Assembly (NCBI GenBank): GCA_004296805.1
Contig: SCVR01000027.1
Span: 1-39,864 of the forward strand
Direction of reading: 5' to 3'
DNA: 39,864 nt
Source of the DNA: Dehalococcoidia bacterium
Lineage (GTDB): Bacteria; Chloroflexota; Dehalococcoidia; UBA2979
In this document: one piece after another, positions 22,898 through 31,573 of the stretch
Layout of the letters: every line of letters starts with the position of its first letter
Numbering within the stretch: position 1 is the stretch's first letter
Notes under the pieces: generated by a model
What the model was told of the DNA's origin: nothing
What the model saw: only the letters and a program-made list of their open reading frames with translations
Databases searched by the model: none
Translations under genes and position numbers: made by a program

Positions 22898-23695
22898 ATG
22901 TCCCAGCCACGCGTCGCTGCGCTGTACCGCCATCCCGTCAAAGGTTTCACGCCCGAGTCATGCGAGACGCTCACGATCCTTGGCGCGCGCGTGGCGGGCG
23001 ATCGCGTGCTCGGCGTGGTGCTGGGCGACGCGAAGCCGCGCGAGACGGTAACGGGCGGAGAGTGGTGGCCGAAGCAGCAGATGGTGGTGCTGATGAACAC
23101 GCCGGGGCTCGCCCGACTCGTACTCCGCTACGACGAAGCGCGGCTGCACCTGACGCTCTCACTGGATGATCGGGTGTTGGCTGACGTGGGACTGGACGAT
23201 GCCGGTCGGGCGCAGTTCGCGGAGGCGGTCGTGTCCTTCGTACGAACCCTGCCGGAGGCGATCGACCTCGATGTGCCGGGGAGGTTGCCGCTGCGGCTGG
23301 TGGGGGACGGCGTGACCCCTCGCTTCCAGGACCGGGCCGGCGGGTTCGTGACGGCACACGGGCGCGCGAGCCTCGAGGCGTTGGGCGTGGCGCTCGCGGA
23401 CGCAGCCCTGGACGAGCGCCGGTTCCGCTCGAACATCGCGATCGAAGGCCTCGATGCGTGGTCGGAACTCGGATGGTCGGGGCGCGTGCGGATCGGTGGC
23501 GTCGAGTTCAAGGCGGAACGGCCGGTGGGGCGCTGCCTGGCGACCCACGCGAACCCCGGGGACGGGGTGCGTGACCGCGAGGTGTTGACGACGCTGACAC
23601 GCGTGATCGGGCAGGCCGAGCCGCAGTTCGGGGTGCTGCTGACGCCGACCTCGGAGGGCACGATCCGCCTCGGCGACGCGGTCGAGGTCGGCTGA
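22898..23695 (+). CDS. MOSC-domain protein (YcbX-like: N-terminal beta-barrel plus MOSC)
   Basis: LYRHPVKGFTPE, RFRSNIAIEGLDAWSELGW, IGGVEFKAERPVGRCLATHANP. Confidence 0.82.
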   Translation: MSQPRVAALYRHPVKGFTPESCETLTILGARVAGDRVLGVVLGDAKPRETVTGGEWWPKQQMVVLMNTPGLARLVLRYDEARLHLTLSLDDRVLADVGLDDAGRAQFAEAVVSFVRTLPEAIDLDVPGRLPLRLVGDGVTPRFQDRAGGFVTAHGRASLEALGVALADAALDERRFRSNIAIEGLDAWSELGWSGRVRIGGVEFKAERPVGRCLATHANPGDGVRDREVLTTLTRVIGQAEPQFGVLLTPTSEGTIRLGDAVEVG

Positions 23696-23748
23696 TCGGG
23701 CATCACGTGCGGCATTGAGGGTGCGGGGGCCCGGAGGGGCTGCTCGCC

Positions 23749-23754
23749 TACAAT
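23749..23754 (+). promoter_or_regulatory. -10-like TACAAT placed 7 nt before the ATG of the formate dehydrogenase operon (candidate leaderless promoter)
   Basis: Sequence reads TACAAT-ctggccc-ATG. The same CTGGCC spacer occurs at 35505. Confidence 0.35.
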
Positions 23755-23761
23755 CTGGCCC

Positions 23762-24232
23762 ATGGCCGACGTACTCCCCTACGACGTTGCAGCCCCGGAG
23801 GCTGCCGCACGGCTCGCTGAGGCGACGCGTGCGGTTGAGGCGCACCCGCGCGAGAAGACCGCGCTCTTGCCCGCTCTCCTCGATGCCCAGCACGTCCTCG
23901 GATGGCTGCCACGGCCGGCGATCGAGCGGGTCGCGGCGTGGGTGCGGGTGCCAGTGTCCGAGGTGTACGCGACGGCGACGGCGTACTCGGAGTTGCGGCT
24001 GGAGCGACCTGATCCCGCGGTGTGGCACGTCTGCACAGGCGTTGCCTGTGACCTCGCAGGCGCGGAGGCGCTGCTGGCGGCGTCACCGGGGCGCACGGCC
24101 CGCATCGACTGCCAGTTCCTCTGTGCGCTGGCGCCCGTGGTGGCGGACCCACACGAGCGGCTGGTCGGACGTGTGACGGCGGAAGGCCTGCGCGCGCGCC
24201 TCGGCGCCGCGCCAGTGGAGTCGCCGCGATGA
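23762..24232 (+). CDS. NuoE-like [2Fe-2S] subunit (FdsG-type gamma subunit of NAD-dependent formate dehydrogenase)
   Basis: Cys pattern HVCTGVAC (Cx4C) ... DCQFLC (Cx3C). Thioredoxin-like NuoE signature LLPALLDAQHVLGWLP. Confidence 0.8.
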   Translation: MADVLPYDVAAPEAAARLAEATRAVEAHPREKTALLPALLDAQHVLGWLPRPAIERVAAWVRVPVSEVYATATAYSELRLERPDPAVWHVCTGVACDLAGAEALLAASPGRTARIDCQFLCALAPVVADPHERLVGRVTAEGLRARLGAAPVESPR

Positions 24233-25701
24233 GCATCGTCGCCACGCCGGCCCTCGCGCGGTTGCGCGGTCGCTTCCCTGCGCCTGCGTCGACGCGCGTG
24301 CTGGTGCATCGCGGGACGTGCGGGGATGCGGTCGACGTGGGGGGTGTGGTCGAAGTGTTGCGTGCGGCGCTCGGCACGCGGGCGTCGAGCGTGGTGGAGA
24401 CGGCGTGCGACGGTGCGTGCTGGGCGGCGCCCGCCGCGACGGTGGTGCGGCCGGGACACCGACACCGCTTCGCGCGACTGGACCGCGAACCGCTCGAGGC
24501 GGTGGTCGCGTGCCTCGGTGGTGCGTGCGAGGACGCGTACGCGGGGAGCGGCGAGCGCGGGCTGCTGGCACGCGTGGGACACCTCGACGGATCGCTCGCA
24601 GACGCGCTGGCGCAGGGGGCGTACCTGGCGCTTGCGCACGCGGTGACTCGGAAGCCAGACGAGGTGATCGAGGCGGTGCAGCGCGCGGGACTGTCGGGCC
24701 GGGGCGGAGCGCACTTCGTGACCGCGCAGAAGTGGCGGCTGGCTGCCGCGAACGCTGGCCCCCGAATGCTGGTGGTGAACGCGGAGGAGGGTGAGCCGGG
24801 GGTCTTCAAGGACCGGCACGTCCTCGAAGGTGACCCGCACCGGCTGATCGAGGGGGTGTTGATCGCGGCGCATGCGGCGGGGATCGCGCGAGCGGTGATC
24901 TACGTCAACGGGCAGGCGAGGAACGCACGGCGCGCGGTCGACCTCGCCGTGACGCAGGCGCGCGAGGCAGGGCTGCTCGACGGGAGCGCCCTCGGTGGTA
25001 CCGGGGTGCAGATCGAGGTGCGCTCGGGCGCAGGCGGTTACGTGTGCGGCGAGGAGTCGGTGATCCTCAACAGCATCGAGGGTGAGCGGCCGGTGCCACG
25101 CACGAAGCCGCCGTTCGCGACGGACCGCGGCCTGTTCGATCGGCCGACCGTGATCAACAACGCGGAGACCCTGTGCGCGGCCACGACGGTCTTCGATGAC
25201 CCGCCACCGCCGACGAAGTTGATCCCCTTGTCGGGTGCCGTGCCGCGTCCCGGACTGTACGAGGTGCCCGTCGATGGCATCACGGCGTGGTCGGGTGTGC
25301 TTGCGATGGCGGGGGCGAACCCGCAGCGGGTGCGTGCGCTGCTGCTCGGCGGGCCGTCGGGACGCTTCGTGTTGCCCGAGGAGTTCGATGTTCCACTCGA
25401 CATGCGAGGTCTCGGCGCGGGAGGGGTGGTGGTGCTGCCGCTCGACGTCGACATTCCGCGTATCACGCGCGCGCTTGCGGCCTACAACGCGCGCGAGTCG
25501 TGTGGGGAGTGCACGCCGTGCCGGGAGGGGACGCCTCGGTTGGTGGCGCTGCTGGAGGACGCCTCGGCCAACCGCGCGCAGATCGACGCGCTGATCGAGG
25601 TAATGACGGAGGCGTCGCTGTGCCAGTTGGGCGGCCTCGCGGGCAAGCCCGTGGCCTCGGCGCTGGCGCTGTTCCCGCAGGACTTCGAGGCCGCGCGATG
25701 A
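24229..25701 (+). CDS. NuoF-like FMN/NAD-binding [4Fe-4S] subunit (FdsB-type beta subunit)
   Basis: GLSGRGGAHFVTAQKW, VVNAEEGEPGVFKDRHV, GGYVCGEESVILNSIEG, ESCGECTPCREGT...SLCQLG. It overlaps the previous gene by 4 nt. Confidence 0.9.
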   Translation: MSIVATPALARLRGRFPAPASTRVLVHRGTCGDAVDVGGVVEVLRAALGTRASSVVETACDGACWAAPAATVVRPGHRHRFARLDREPLEAVVACLGGACEDAYAGSGERGLLARVGHLDGSLADALAQGAYLALAHAVTRKPDEVIEAVQRAGLSGRGGAHFVTAQKWRLAAANAGPRMLVVNAEEGEPGVFKDRHVLEGDPHRLIEGVLIAAHAAGIARAVIYVNGQARNARRAVDLAVTQAREAGLLDGSALGGTGVQIEVRSGAGGYVCGEESVILNSIEGERPVPRTKPPFATDRGLFDRPTVINNAETLCAATTVFDDPPPPTKLIPLSGAVPRPGLYEVPVDGITAWSGVLAMAGANPQRVRALLLGGPSGRFVLPEEFDVPLDMRGLGAGGVVVLPLDVDIPRITRALAAYNARESCGECTPCREGTPRLVALLEDASANRAQIDALIEVMTEASLCQLGGLAGKPVASALALFPQDFEAAR

Positions 25702-25708
25702 CCTCGAT
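25694..25708 (+). repeat. 15-nt direct repeat, copy 1 (CGCGATGACCTCGAT)
   Basis: It is identical to 26170-26184. Each copy contains the ATGA stop/start junction and encodes MTSI. Confidence 0.9.
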
Positions 25709-26177
25709 TGCCGCGCAGACGTGGCCGTACGTGATGCGGAGCATCGACCGGCTCGTGGCAGTCGCGTTCGACGAGCTCGACGCCGCAGGGCGCGCGTGGC
25801 GGCCCGCGGCGGAGGGCGCGAACAACGTCCTGACGATCGTGAACCACATGATCTCGAACGCTGAGGACAACCTGCTCGGCACGATCGCCGGGCTTCCGGT
25901 GCAGTACGACCGCCAGGCGGACTTCGAAACTCCTTCGACGGATCCCGCCGGAGTGAAGGCACGCTGGGCGCGGGTGAACGCCACGTTCGAGGCGGCGCTG
26001 CCCGGCCTCGATGACGCGCGGATGCTCGAAACGGTGCAACACCCGAGGCGCGGGCCGGTGTCGCGACTCGACACGCTGGTCGTGGTGGCGCGGCACGCGG
26101 CGGAGCACCTGGCGCACGCGGAACTGACGCGTGACCTCTATCGCGCGCACGTCGCGAAGAGTGGGGCGACGCGATGA
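25698..26177 (+). CDS. DinB-superfamily (DinB_2-like) four-helix-bundle protein embedded in the formate dehydrogenase operon
   Basis: An internal ATG at 25698 overlaps the upstream stop as ATGA. His-containing helices are IVNHMISNAEDN and VVARHAAEHLAHAEL. The stop overlaps the next start as ATGA. Confidence 0.65.
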   Translation: MTSIAAQTWPYVMRSIDRLVAVAFDELDAAGRAWRPAAEGANNVLTIVNHMISNAEDNLLGTIAGLPVQYDRQADFETPSTDPAGVKARWARVNATFEAALPGLDDARMLETVQHPRRGPVSRLDTLVVVARHAAEHLAHAELTRDLYRAHVAKSGATR

Positions 26178-26184
26178 CCTCGAT
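26170..26184 (+). repeat. 15-nt direct repeat, copy 2 (CGCGATGACCTCGAT)
   Basis: It is identical to 25694-25708. The two copies bracket the DinB-like gene exactly. Confidence 0.9.
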
Positions 26185-29005
26185 CTCCCCGCCGGGCGGG
26201 ATGCTGCCGGTGATCGCGGCGCCGGTGACGGTGCGCGTGGATGGTATCGAGGTGCGCGTGCCGCGCGGGGCGATGCTGCTGGACGCAGTGCAGGCGGCGT
26301 CGGTGGCCTTGCCGCACCTGTGCAAGCCCGAAGCGCGGGGGCCGCTGGGGGCGTGCCGGACGTGCCTCGTTGAAGTTGTGGGGCAGGGACGGTTGGCGGC
26401 GGCCTGCCACACGCCGGTGGCCGAGGGGCAGGAGATCCGCACGACGAGCGAACGGGCCGAGCGCGTGCGGCGCGGGGTGCTCGATCTGACGATTGGGATG
26501 TCCGAGGACGGTCAGGGGCGCGGGCAGGCGGCGACGCATGCGGCCGCGCACGGCCTCGATGCCTCGTCGTACGCGCCGAAACCGCGCGCGCCGCTGGACG
26601 AGAGCAACATCTTCTTCACGCTGAACATGGCGGACTGCATCCTCTGCGGGCGGTGCGTGGATGCGTGCCAGCGCACGCAGCACATCGGCGCGATCGGGAT
26701 CAACGGGCGCGGGCCGACGGCGCACATCGGCGTCGCGTTCGACGCGGCGTGGGAGGACTCGACCTGCACTTCCTGCGGGCAGTGCGTCTCGCAGTGCCCG
26801 ACGGGCGCGATCCTGCCGAAGCACGGCGTGCCTGCGCGGGCCTCGACGCGCGCGCCGGAGACCAGAGTGACAGAGACGACGTGTCCGTACTGCGGCGTGG
26901 GCTGTGGCCTGCGCGTGCACGAGCGGGACGGCCGCATCGTGTGGGTTGATGGGGTACCCGAGAACGGGTCGTCGCAGGGGATGACCTGTGTGAAGGGGCG
27001 GTTCGGCCTCGAGTTCGTGCACGCGCCCGATCGGCTCACTCAACCCCTCGTGCGGCGCGACGGGAAGTTGCAGCCCGCGACGTGGGACGACGCACTCGAC
27101 CTGGTAGCGCGGAAGTTCGCGGCGAGCCTCGGGTCCTTCGCGGCGATCGCGTCGGCCAAGGCCTCGAACGAGGACGGGTACGCGGTCCAGAAGTTCACGC
27201 GCGCCGTCATGGGGACGAACAACATCGACCACTGTTCGAGGCTGTGCCATGCACCCTCGGTTGTGGCATTGCAGGAGCAGGTGGGGTCTGGCGCGACCTC
27301 GAACTCGTACGCGGACTACGACATCGCCGGGACGCTGCTCGTGGTGGGGAGCGACACGGCGCAGAACCACCCGGTGGTGGCCTCGCGGCTGCGGCGAGCC
27401 GTCGAGGACCGAGGGGCGACGTTGATCGTGGTGAACCCGATCCGCATCGACCTGTGTGACGTGGCGGAGATCCACCTGCAGCCGCGACCGGGGACGGACG
27501 TCGCGCTCTTCAACGCGATGGCGCAGGTGATCCTCGACGAGGGGTTGTGGGCGCCGGACTTCGTCGAGGCGCGCACGGAAGGCTTCGAGGCGTGGCGACG
27601 GGTCGCGGGCCAGGTGACGCCCGAGGTCGCCGAGCAGATCACGGGTGTCCCGGCGGAGGACATCCGGCGCGCGGCGCGGCTGTACGCGCGGCCTCGGCCA
27701 GACGCCGAGGGCAATGAGCGCGGGTCCTGCCTGATCTGGGGGATGGGCGTCACGCAGCACACGAATGGCTCGGACAACGCGCGGTCGTTGATCAACCTCG
27801 CACTGCTGACGGGGCAGGTGGGCGGGCCGGGGAACGGGATCTCTCCGCTGCGCGGGCAGAACAACGTGCAAGGGTGCTCCGACTCCGGGTGCCTGCCGAA
27901 CACGCTGCCGGGCTACGAAGCCCTCGATGGGCCGGCGCACGAGAAGTACGCGGCGGCGTGGGGGGCGGAGTTCCCGCGCACGCCGGGGCTGCAGTCGACA
28001 CACATGATCGAGGAGATGCTCGAAGGCCGCCTGCGTTCGATGTATGTGGTGGGCGAGAACCCACTGATCTCCGACCCGTACCTCGCGCATGCACGCGAGG
28101 CGTTCGGACACCTCGACTTCCTGGTGGTGCAGGACATCTTCATGCACGAGACGGCGGAGATCGCCGACGTGGTGCTGCCGACGGCGGCGTTCGCGGAGAA
28201 GTACGGGACGTTCACCAACTCGGAGCGGCGGGTGCAACTCGTGCGGCCGATCGTGAAGGCGCCTGGTGACGCGCGGCAGGACTGGGAGATCACCGCAGAG
28301 ATCGCCCGGCGCGTGCTGCGGCTGCTGGAGCGTCCGACGGCCGGCTTCGCGTGGCAGTCCTCAACGGACGTGTTCGAGGAGATGACGGGGCTGATGCCGA
28401 TCATCGCGGGGCTGTCGCACGCGCGGCTGGAGCGCGAGGGCGGGCTGCAGTGGCCGGTGCCGGACGCGACGCACCCGGGGACACCTCGGCTGTTCGAGAC
28501 AGAGTTCCCACGCGGACGCGCGAAGTTCGTGGCGGTCGAGCAGGGGCCGCCGGCCGCGGAACTGCCGTCGAAGCGGTTCCCGTACACGCTGATCACGGGG
28601 CGCTCGCTGTATCACTGGCACACGGGCGTGATCACGCGGCACGTTCCGGGCTTGCTCGAACGGGTGCCTGCTGTCACCGTCGACATGCACCCCGCCGATG
28701 CGGCCGCGCTCGGCTTCGCGGACGGCGAGGCGGCGCAACTGGCATCGCGGCGCGGCGAGATCATCGTCGAGGTGCACGTGGTGGACTCGATGCGACGCGG
28801 GGAGTTGTTCGTGCCGTTCATGCAGTTGCAGGGCGTGGCGGCGAACTTCCTGACGAACGACGCGCTGGATCTGCCCTCGGGTATCCCGGAGTTCAAGGCG
28901 TGCGCGGTACGCGTCGAACGGCCGGGGACGCCCTCGCGGGCGGGGCGCGGGCCTCGGGCACAACGCAAGGGGCGCGAGCCGATCGCGCCGCTACGACCGG
29001 AGTAG
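26174..29005 (+). CDS. Formate dehydrogenase alpha subunit (molybdopterin oxidoreductase with N-terminal 2Fe-2S and 4Fe-4S domains), Cys type
   Basis: LCKPE..GACRTCLVEV, CILCGRCVDAC, CTSCGQCVSQCPTGA, CPYCGVGCG, NIDHCSRLCHAPS (active-site Cys TGC at 27245-27247 followed by His), LRGQNNVQG. Confidence 0.9.
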   Translation: MTSISPPGGMLPVIAAPVTVRVDGIEVRVPRGAMLLDAVQAASVALPHLCKPEARGPLGACRTCLVEVVGQGRLAAACHTPVAEGQEIRTTSERAERVRRGVLDLTIGMSEDGQGRGQAATHAAAHGLDASSYAPKPRAPLDESNIFFTLNMADCILCGRCVDACQRTQHIGAIGINGRGPTAHIGVAFDAAWEDSTCTSCGQCVSQCPTGAILPKHGVPARASTRAPETRVTETTCPYCGVGCGLRVHERDGRIVWVDGVPENGSSQGMTCVKGRFGLEFVHAPDRLTQPLVRRDGKLQPATWDDALDLVARKFAASLGSFAAIASAKASNEDGYAVQKFTRAVMGTNNIDHCSRLCHAPSVVALQEQVGSGATSNSYADYDIAGTLLVVGSDTAQNHPVVASRLRRAVEDRGATLIVVNPIRIDLCDVAEIHLQPRPGTDVALFNAMAQVILDEGLWAPDFVEARTEGFEAWRRVAGQVTPEVAEQITGVPAEDIRRAARLYARPRPDAEGNERGSCLIWGMGVTQHTNGSDNARSLINLALLTGQVGGPGNGISPLRGQNNVQGCSDSGCLPNTLPGYEALDGPAHEKYAAAWGAEFPRTPGLQSTHMIEEMLEGRLRSMYVVGENPLISDPYLAHAREAFGHLDFLVVQDIFMHETAEIADVVLPTAAFAEKYGTFTNSERRVQLVRPIVKAPGDARQDWEITAEIARRVLRLLERPTAGFAWQSSTDVFEEMTGLMPIIAGLSHARLEREGGLQWPVPDATHPGTPRLFETEFPRGRAKFVAVEQGPPAAELPSKRFPYTLITGRSLYHWHTGVITRHVPGLLERVPAVTVDMHPADAAALGFADGEAAQLASRRGEIIVEVHVVDSMRRGELFVPFMQLQGVAANFLTNDALDLPSGIPEFKACAVRVERPGTPSRAGRGPRAQRKGREPIAPLRPE

Positions 29006-29019
29006 GGCGGAGCACCCGG

Positions 29020-29613
29020 ATGAACCGTTGGAAGACTCCGCCTGCCGGGTCGGCCCGGGAGACGGCCGCGTCGTTGAGCGAGGCGGCCGCGGAGGAGCTC
29101 GACGAGTTCCGTGACCTGTTCGTGGAGCGCCAGGCGCTGGAGTCCTCCGCGGAATACGACTCGGCGCGCCTGAGCGATGTGCGACGCCGGCTCGGCAGTC
29201 TGGCACCAGCGGTGCAACGGCACCTCGAGACGCTGGGCGGTGCGCTGGTGGCGTTCGAAGACGCGCGGGTGAGCGGCCGCACGCGACGCGACCCGCTGCC
29301 GCTCACGTACATCGCGGCGTTCGGCGGGCCCGAGGATTACGCGGCCCACGGCGAGTCACTCGTGGGCGCGCTGGAGACGGCTGCCGAGCGTTACCGATCG
29401 GGTGAGGGCGGTGAGGAACGCCTCGAACGCCGTCGCCGCCGCCGACGCTCGAGCCGCTCTTCGCGGGCGATGCGTCGCGTACTGGTGTGGGGCGCCGTGG
29501 CGGTATTGGCGCTGACGTTCTACGTGGTCGGGTTGATGACCCTGGGTGACTGGTCACCGGGCGGGGCACCCGACCCGGTACCTCCGGTGGAGGCTAGCCC
29601 CGGCGCGCGCTAG
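29020..29613 (+). CDS. Hypothetical tail-anchored protein
   Basis: ATG 29020 with GGCGGAG SD. A helical acidic N-terminal part is followed by an Arg-rich stretch RRRRRRRSSRSSR and the TM segment VLVWGAVAVLALTFYVVGLM. No recognisable family. Confidence 0.5.
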   Translation: MNRWKTPPAGSARETAASLSEAAAEELDEFRDLFVERQALESSAEYDSARLSDVRRRLGSLAPAVQRHLETLGGALVAFEDARVSGRTRRDPLPLTYIAAFGGPEDYAAHGESLVGALETAAERYRSGEGGEERLERRRRRRRSSRSSRAMRRVLVWGAVAVLALTFYVVGLMTLGDWSPGGAPDPVPPVEASPGAR

Positions 29614-30026
29614 AAGCGGCGCACCCTCGGCGGCCGGATCAGCAACGACGCCACCATCGAGACGACCGAGATCACGAGGCCACCGAAGAAGGCGGCCCAG
29701 AACCCGTCCACGCGCAGGCCGAGATCCAGGCGTCCCGCGATCCACGCGGTGGCGCCCAGCAGCAGTGCATTGATGACGAGTACGAAGAAGCCGAAGGTGA
29801 AGACGATCAGGCAGCAGGAGACGAGGTTGGCGAGCGGCCGGAGCAGCACGTTCACGATGGCGAAGATGGCGGTGCCCGCCAGCAGCGACGGCACGTCTTC
29901 AACATGGACGCCGGCGACGATCTTCGAGGCGAGCCAGAGGCCGGCCATGTTCACGAGGAAGCGCAGGGCCAGCGTCTCCGGGGCCCACGGGTCCGCGCGT
30001 TCGGTCTTGATCGAGAAGTTGCCCAT
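29610..30026 (-). CDS. Phage-holin-family-IV-like (PF04020/DUF360, YvlD-like) membrane protein
   Basis: An internal ATG at 30026 gives MGNFSIK...RFLVNMAGLWLASKIVAGVHVED..LLAGTAIFAIVNVLLRPLANLVSCCLIVFTFGFFVLVINALLLGATAWIAG...GFWAAFFGGLVISVVSMVASLL. Confidence 0.75.
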   Translation of the reverse strand: MGNFSIKTERADPWAPETLALRFLVNMAGLWLASKIVAGVHVEDVPSLLAGTAIFAIVNVLLRPLANLVSCCLIVFTFGFFVLVINALLLGATAWIAGRLDLGLRVDGFWAAFFGGLVISVVSMVASLLIRPPRVRRF

Positions 30027-30036
30027 GGATCGGAGG

Positions 30037-30504
30037 TTAGCCTCCCAGCCACTCCGCGTGTTCGCGGTAGTGGCCGAAGGAGTTCCCCGCGATGGTGTGT
30101 GCGGCGGGGAACCCCAGCCAGGCGTAGCGCTGCGGGTTGTTGATGTCATCGAACGACAGGCGGCCCACGAGCGCGACGATGCCAGCGTGCGCGGCGTCGA
30201 ACGCGGCGCGCGCCTCGGCGACGGTGACGCCGCGTGAGGCGTCGTGGTCGCGGGCGTTGAGCTCATCGAGCTGGTCAAAGGTCCAGCCGGGTTCAGGGCG
30301 AACGACCGGGCGACCAGCGGCCTCCTCGGCGAACCAGGCTAGCAAGCGCTGCTGCCACGCGACGACGTGGGCGAGGTGCTCGGCGGGCGTCCAGCCATCC
30401 TCGGTCGGGCCAGTGGCGTGATCGACGGCGCTCAGCAGGCGTGCGCGGTCGGCCCAGAGACGGTCGAGGGCGACGGCCTGCGTGAGCGGTGGATAGTCAG
30501 CCAT
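30037..30504 (-). CDS. ClbS/DfsB (DUF1706)-like or DinB-like four-helix-bundle protein
   Basis: WTPAEHLAHVVAWQQRLLAWF and NSFGHYREHAEWL. About 155 aa. It begins 4 nt after the upstream oxidoreductase stop. Confidence 0.5.
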   Translation of the reverse strand: MADYPPLTQAVALDRLWADRARLLSAVDHATGPTEDGWTPAEHLAHVVAWQQRLLAWFAEEAAGRPVVRPEPGWTFDQLDELNARDHDASRGVTVAEARAAFDAAHAGIVALVGRLSFDDINNPQRYAWLGFPAAHTIAGNSFGHYREHAEWLGG

Positions 30505-30508
30505 TGGG

Positions 30509-31552
30509 CTACACCTCAGCGATGTTGACGGCGCGGCCTTCGAGGCGTGAGCGGGTGATGGCCTCGGTCACGCGCATGTAGAGCAGTCCGTCCTCGAAGT
30601 TGGTCAGGGTGACAGGGGTACCGTTGCGGATGGAGTCGATGAAGTCGGCCTCGACACGCCAATCGCCCGCGGTGCCGGGGTCAGGCTCGAGTGGTTGGGG
30701 CTCGTTACCCAGCGGGGCCAGGGTCATGCGGTCGCCCTGCTGCCAGTGGAGCGTGGCCTTCGAGCCGTAGAGAGAGACACCGTTGCCGGAGGCGGGGGCG
30801 TGCGTGACGGCGCTGACGCGGTAGTCCACACGTGCGCCGTTCTCCATCACGGCGAGGACGCCGAGGCTGTCTGGCACATCGATGGGGTGGGGCTTGCCGG
30901 TCTCCGGGTCGATGCGCTCGGTGACCCACACGGTGCCGTCTGCCATCACGCGCTTCGTTGGGCCGAGCCAGCGGTGCACCGCCTCGATGAAGAGCCCGAG
31001 GGTCATGGTGTTGGTGCCGGAGTAGTCACGGCGCTCGCGCCAATGCAAGGGCGCTGTGGGGTTGAGGCTGCCGCTGCCGAGGATGTTCACGTGCGCCTCG
31101 CGGACCTGGCCGAGGGTGCCGTCGTTGACGAGGCGGCGGATGGTACGCCAGGAGCGGAAGTCGAGTGGCGACGGGACGATCTGGGCGACCTGCTTCGGGT
31201 GCGCCTTCGATACGGCCAGCATCTCGCGGGCCTCGGTCGCGTCCATCGCCATGCGGGCCTCGGTGAGGACGTGCTTGCCGGCTTCGAGGGCACGCACGAC
31301 GAACTCGCGGTGCCGGTACGGCCAGGTGCCGACGACGACGGCATCGACGTCGTTGCGGTTGAAGATCGCGTTGGGGTCGGTGACGACGCGCTCAATGCCG
31401 AACTCGTCCGCGACCTTGCGGCCGCTTGCCTCGGAGCGGTTGCAGACGGCGACGATCTGGACGCCCTCGACGGCCTGCAGGCCGGGGATGTGGCGCGAGC
31501 GGGTGTTGGCACCGGCGCCGATGACGCCGACACGGATGGGCTGCACAGCCAT
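30509..31552 (-). CDS. Gfo/Idh/MocA-family NAD(P)-dependent oxidoreductase
   Basis: IRVGVIGAGANTRSRHIPGLQAVEGVQIVAVCNRS, GKHVLTEARMA. AGGAGGAG SD. Confidence 0.88.
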   Translation of the reverse strand: MAVQPIRVGVIGAGANTRSRHIPGLQAVEGVQIVAVCNRSEASGRKVADEFGIERVVTDPNAIFNRNDVDAVVVGTWPYRHREFVVRALEAGKHVLTEARMAMDATEAREMLAVSKAHPKQVAQIVPSPLDFRSWRTIRRLVNDGTLGQVREAHVNILGSGSLNPTAPLHWRERRDYSGTNTMTLGLFIEAVHRWLGPTKRVMADGTVWVTERIDPETGKPHPIDVPDSLGVLAVMENGARVDYRVSAVTHAPASGNGVSLYGSKATLHWQQGDRMTLAPLGNEPQPLEPDPGTAGDWRVEADFIDSIRNGTPVTLTNFEDGLLYMRVTEAITRSRLEGRAVNIAEV

Positions 31553-31573
31553 GCGGGACTCCTCCTGGTCGGA

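Noticed and set aside
27245-27247. Selenocysteine (in-frame TGA plus SECIS) in the formate dehydrogenase alpha subunit
   Set aside because: The active-site codon is TGC (Cys) in ...HCSRLCHAPS..., and the ORF is uninterrupted. It is a Cys-type enzyme.
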